The notes below the pieces were generated by a model. That model saw only the letters and a list, made by a program, of their open reading frames with translations. It was not told the DNA's origin and made no database searches. Below are positions 34,531 to 35,885 of a stretch of 35,885 bases of DNA, piece by piece (position 1 is the first letter of the stretch; every line of letters starts with the position of its first letter). The stretch lies in the IMG/VR virus record IMGVR_UViG_3300043414_001406, positions 1 through 35,885 of that record. The stretch is one strand, 5' to 3'. The position numbers and the translations under genes are program-made. Source of the DNA: a virus. Taxonomy: Duplodnaviria; Caudoviricetes.

Positions 34531-35435
34531 ATTCTATCAATGATTATAACAGAGTTCAATATGTGAATGGTGATTATAATTTTTCATCAAATACATATAC
34601 TTTAGTTGATAAAAATAATTATCAATTATTAAATTCAAATAATTTAAATCCAGTTCCAATAGACTATTATGATCTTTATTTAGATGAAAATAATAATATT
34701 TTTTTTTGTTACACAATACATTGGCTCTACACGCATTCGAATGTAACGTATAGTTTTACATTACAATATTTAGGTAATAATTATATTATCAATAATCAAG
34801 ATTATAAAAATATATATGATATAATAGATAAACAGTTGGATATTTTAGATGGCGGATTTACTTTTAATGATTCAACTCCGGTAAATAGCAAAGGCAGATG
34901 CGACGCTGCTGGGTACGGACCAATGACATTCTTGCGTCCAGAAGATCCAGATAATAATTCTGATAGTAAATCTCCAGTACTAGAATCATCTAGCATGTTG
35001 AAAAGATTCACACCATTTTTATCAGTTGACAGAATAGGTCATATCAACTATCTTGAAGTAGAAGATCTTTCTTTGGCCCACGTCGATACAAATGAAAATA
35101 CGATGCCAAAGTCTACGTATACTATTTCTGAGTTATTAAAACTTATGTTAGAATGGGCTGAATTAGTAAATCCTCCATGGAATTCTTTAGAGCCAATATC
35201 TGTAAAGTCTGATTTATTTTTTAGAAATTTAAATATTCCATCCGAAGTCAAAGATGATTTGATTAATAATCAAACAGATATGCAAGTTGCAAGATATCTA
35301 ATGGGTAATACTAATGCGCGTGAACGACCGCCTATGGAAGAAATAAGTGAAATTTCACCCATCTTAAAAAGATGGATTTTATCTAAATTTTTCTTTTCCA
35401 GTATTGATGAATTGAAAGCTAATTTGATGGTATAA
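34527..35435 (+). CDS. Hypothetical protein
   Basis: 302-aa ORF overlapping the upstream stop. Confidence 0.75.
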   Translation: MNSINDYNRVQYVNGDYNFSSNTYTLVDKNNYQLLNSNNLNPVPIDYYDLYLDENNNIFFCYTIHWLYTHSNVTYSFTLQYLGNNYIINNQDYKNIYDIIDKQLDILDGGFTFNDSTPVNSKGRCDAAGYGPMTFLRPEDPDNNSDSKSPVLESSSMLKRFTPFLSVDRIGHINYLEVEDLSLAHVDTNENTMPKSTYTISELLKLMLEWAELVNPPWNSLEPISVKSDLFFRNLNIPSEVKDDLINNQTDMQVARYLMGNTNARERPPMEEISEISPILKRWILSKFFFSSIDELKANLMV

Positions 35436-35436
35436 T
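35428..35436 (+). promoter_or_regulatory. Extended -10 promoter
   Basis: TGGTATAAT about 25 nt upstream of a GGAG-ATG start. Confidence 0.5.
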
Positions 35437-35461
35437 GTTTTGTTAAATGATTGGAGCAATA

Positions 35462-35626
35462 ATGGACCAAGAAGATATTGATATTAATTTATTAATTCAA
35501 AGTTATAGTCAAAAAATTACTCTTTTGACTAATGAGGTTGTTGTTAAAGAAACAATGATTAAGCAGTTAGCTTCTAGAGTTGAAAGTCTAGAAGAAGAAA
35601 TTAAAAATTTATCTAAGGAGAATTAA
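35462..35626 (+). CDS. Small coiled-coil protein, 54 aa (not in ORF track)
   Basis: GGAG RBS then MDQEDIDINLLIQSYSQKITLLTNEVVVKE... Confidence 0.75.
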   Translation: MDQEDIDINLLIQSYSQKITLLTNEVVVKETMIKQLASRVESLEEEIKNLSKEN

Positions 35627-35830
35627 ATGTCAGATGTAAATCCAGAATCAGAAGTAGAGACAGCAGAGGAAGAAACTCCTAAAGAGTTTACTGTTACAAT
35701 TAAAATCTCTGATCAGAATCTACAGTATAAGAGCGATTTCAATGAGGCTGAAACAGTGTTTTGGCTTGAAGCTGTAAAAGACCTTATTATCAAGAACGCT
35801 TTTAATAAAGCAAATCTTGAGAAGAACTGA
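35627..35830 (+). CDS. Small acidic hypothetical protein
   Basis: AAGGAG RBS, 67 aa. Confidence 0.75.
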   Translation: MSDVNPESEVETAEEETPKEFTVTIKISDQNLQYKSDFNEAETVFWLEAVKDLIIKNAFNKANLEKN

Positions 35831-35885
35831 TTAACTTATAAAAAATCAGCTTTAAAGCTACTATTTATATAGTTTTTATATGGAG

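Overview
This window looks like part of a large tailed dsDNA phage genome, and it has two contrasting halves. (1) About 0.4-12.3 kb is a minus-strand block of mostly small genes that is clearly GC-rich from about 5.2 kb (spot count 36/60 GC at 6121-6180 versus 15/60 at 26161-26220). Its centrepiece is a ~943-aa ORF (6046-8877) with motifs of two-barrel, single-subunit RNA polymerases of the YonO/eukaryotic-RdRP type (DGxSxVS, FNAR..KG..K, GGADFDD, RSP). Upstream is an array of single-gene units, most separated by a long hairpin fused to a conserved TTTTATGGATAG motif. The block also carries a family of H-type pseudoknots sitting just after stop codons, a tRNA/tmRNA-like RNA, a repeated GAAAAACAGGGG leader motif, and SSB-like, L7/L12-like, HicA-like, LysM-lipoprotein and metzincin-protease genes. 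(2) About 12.5-35.9 kb is AT-rich: Zn-ribbon genes, RecA, a Clp-type AAA+ ATPase, Gly-rich putative virion proteins (one with a DEDDh exonuclease domain), terminase large subunit and collagen/CBM/S74 tail-fibre genes. The best candidate for a novel system is a phage early-transcription module made of a divergent RNA polymerase, a candidate cognate promoter/terminator array and structured RNAs. All calls come from motif reading by eye; no searches were run.
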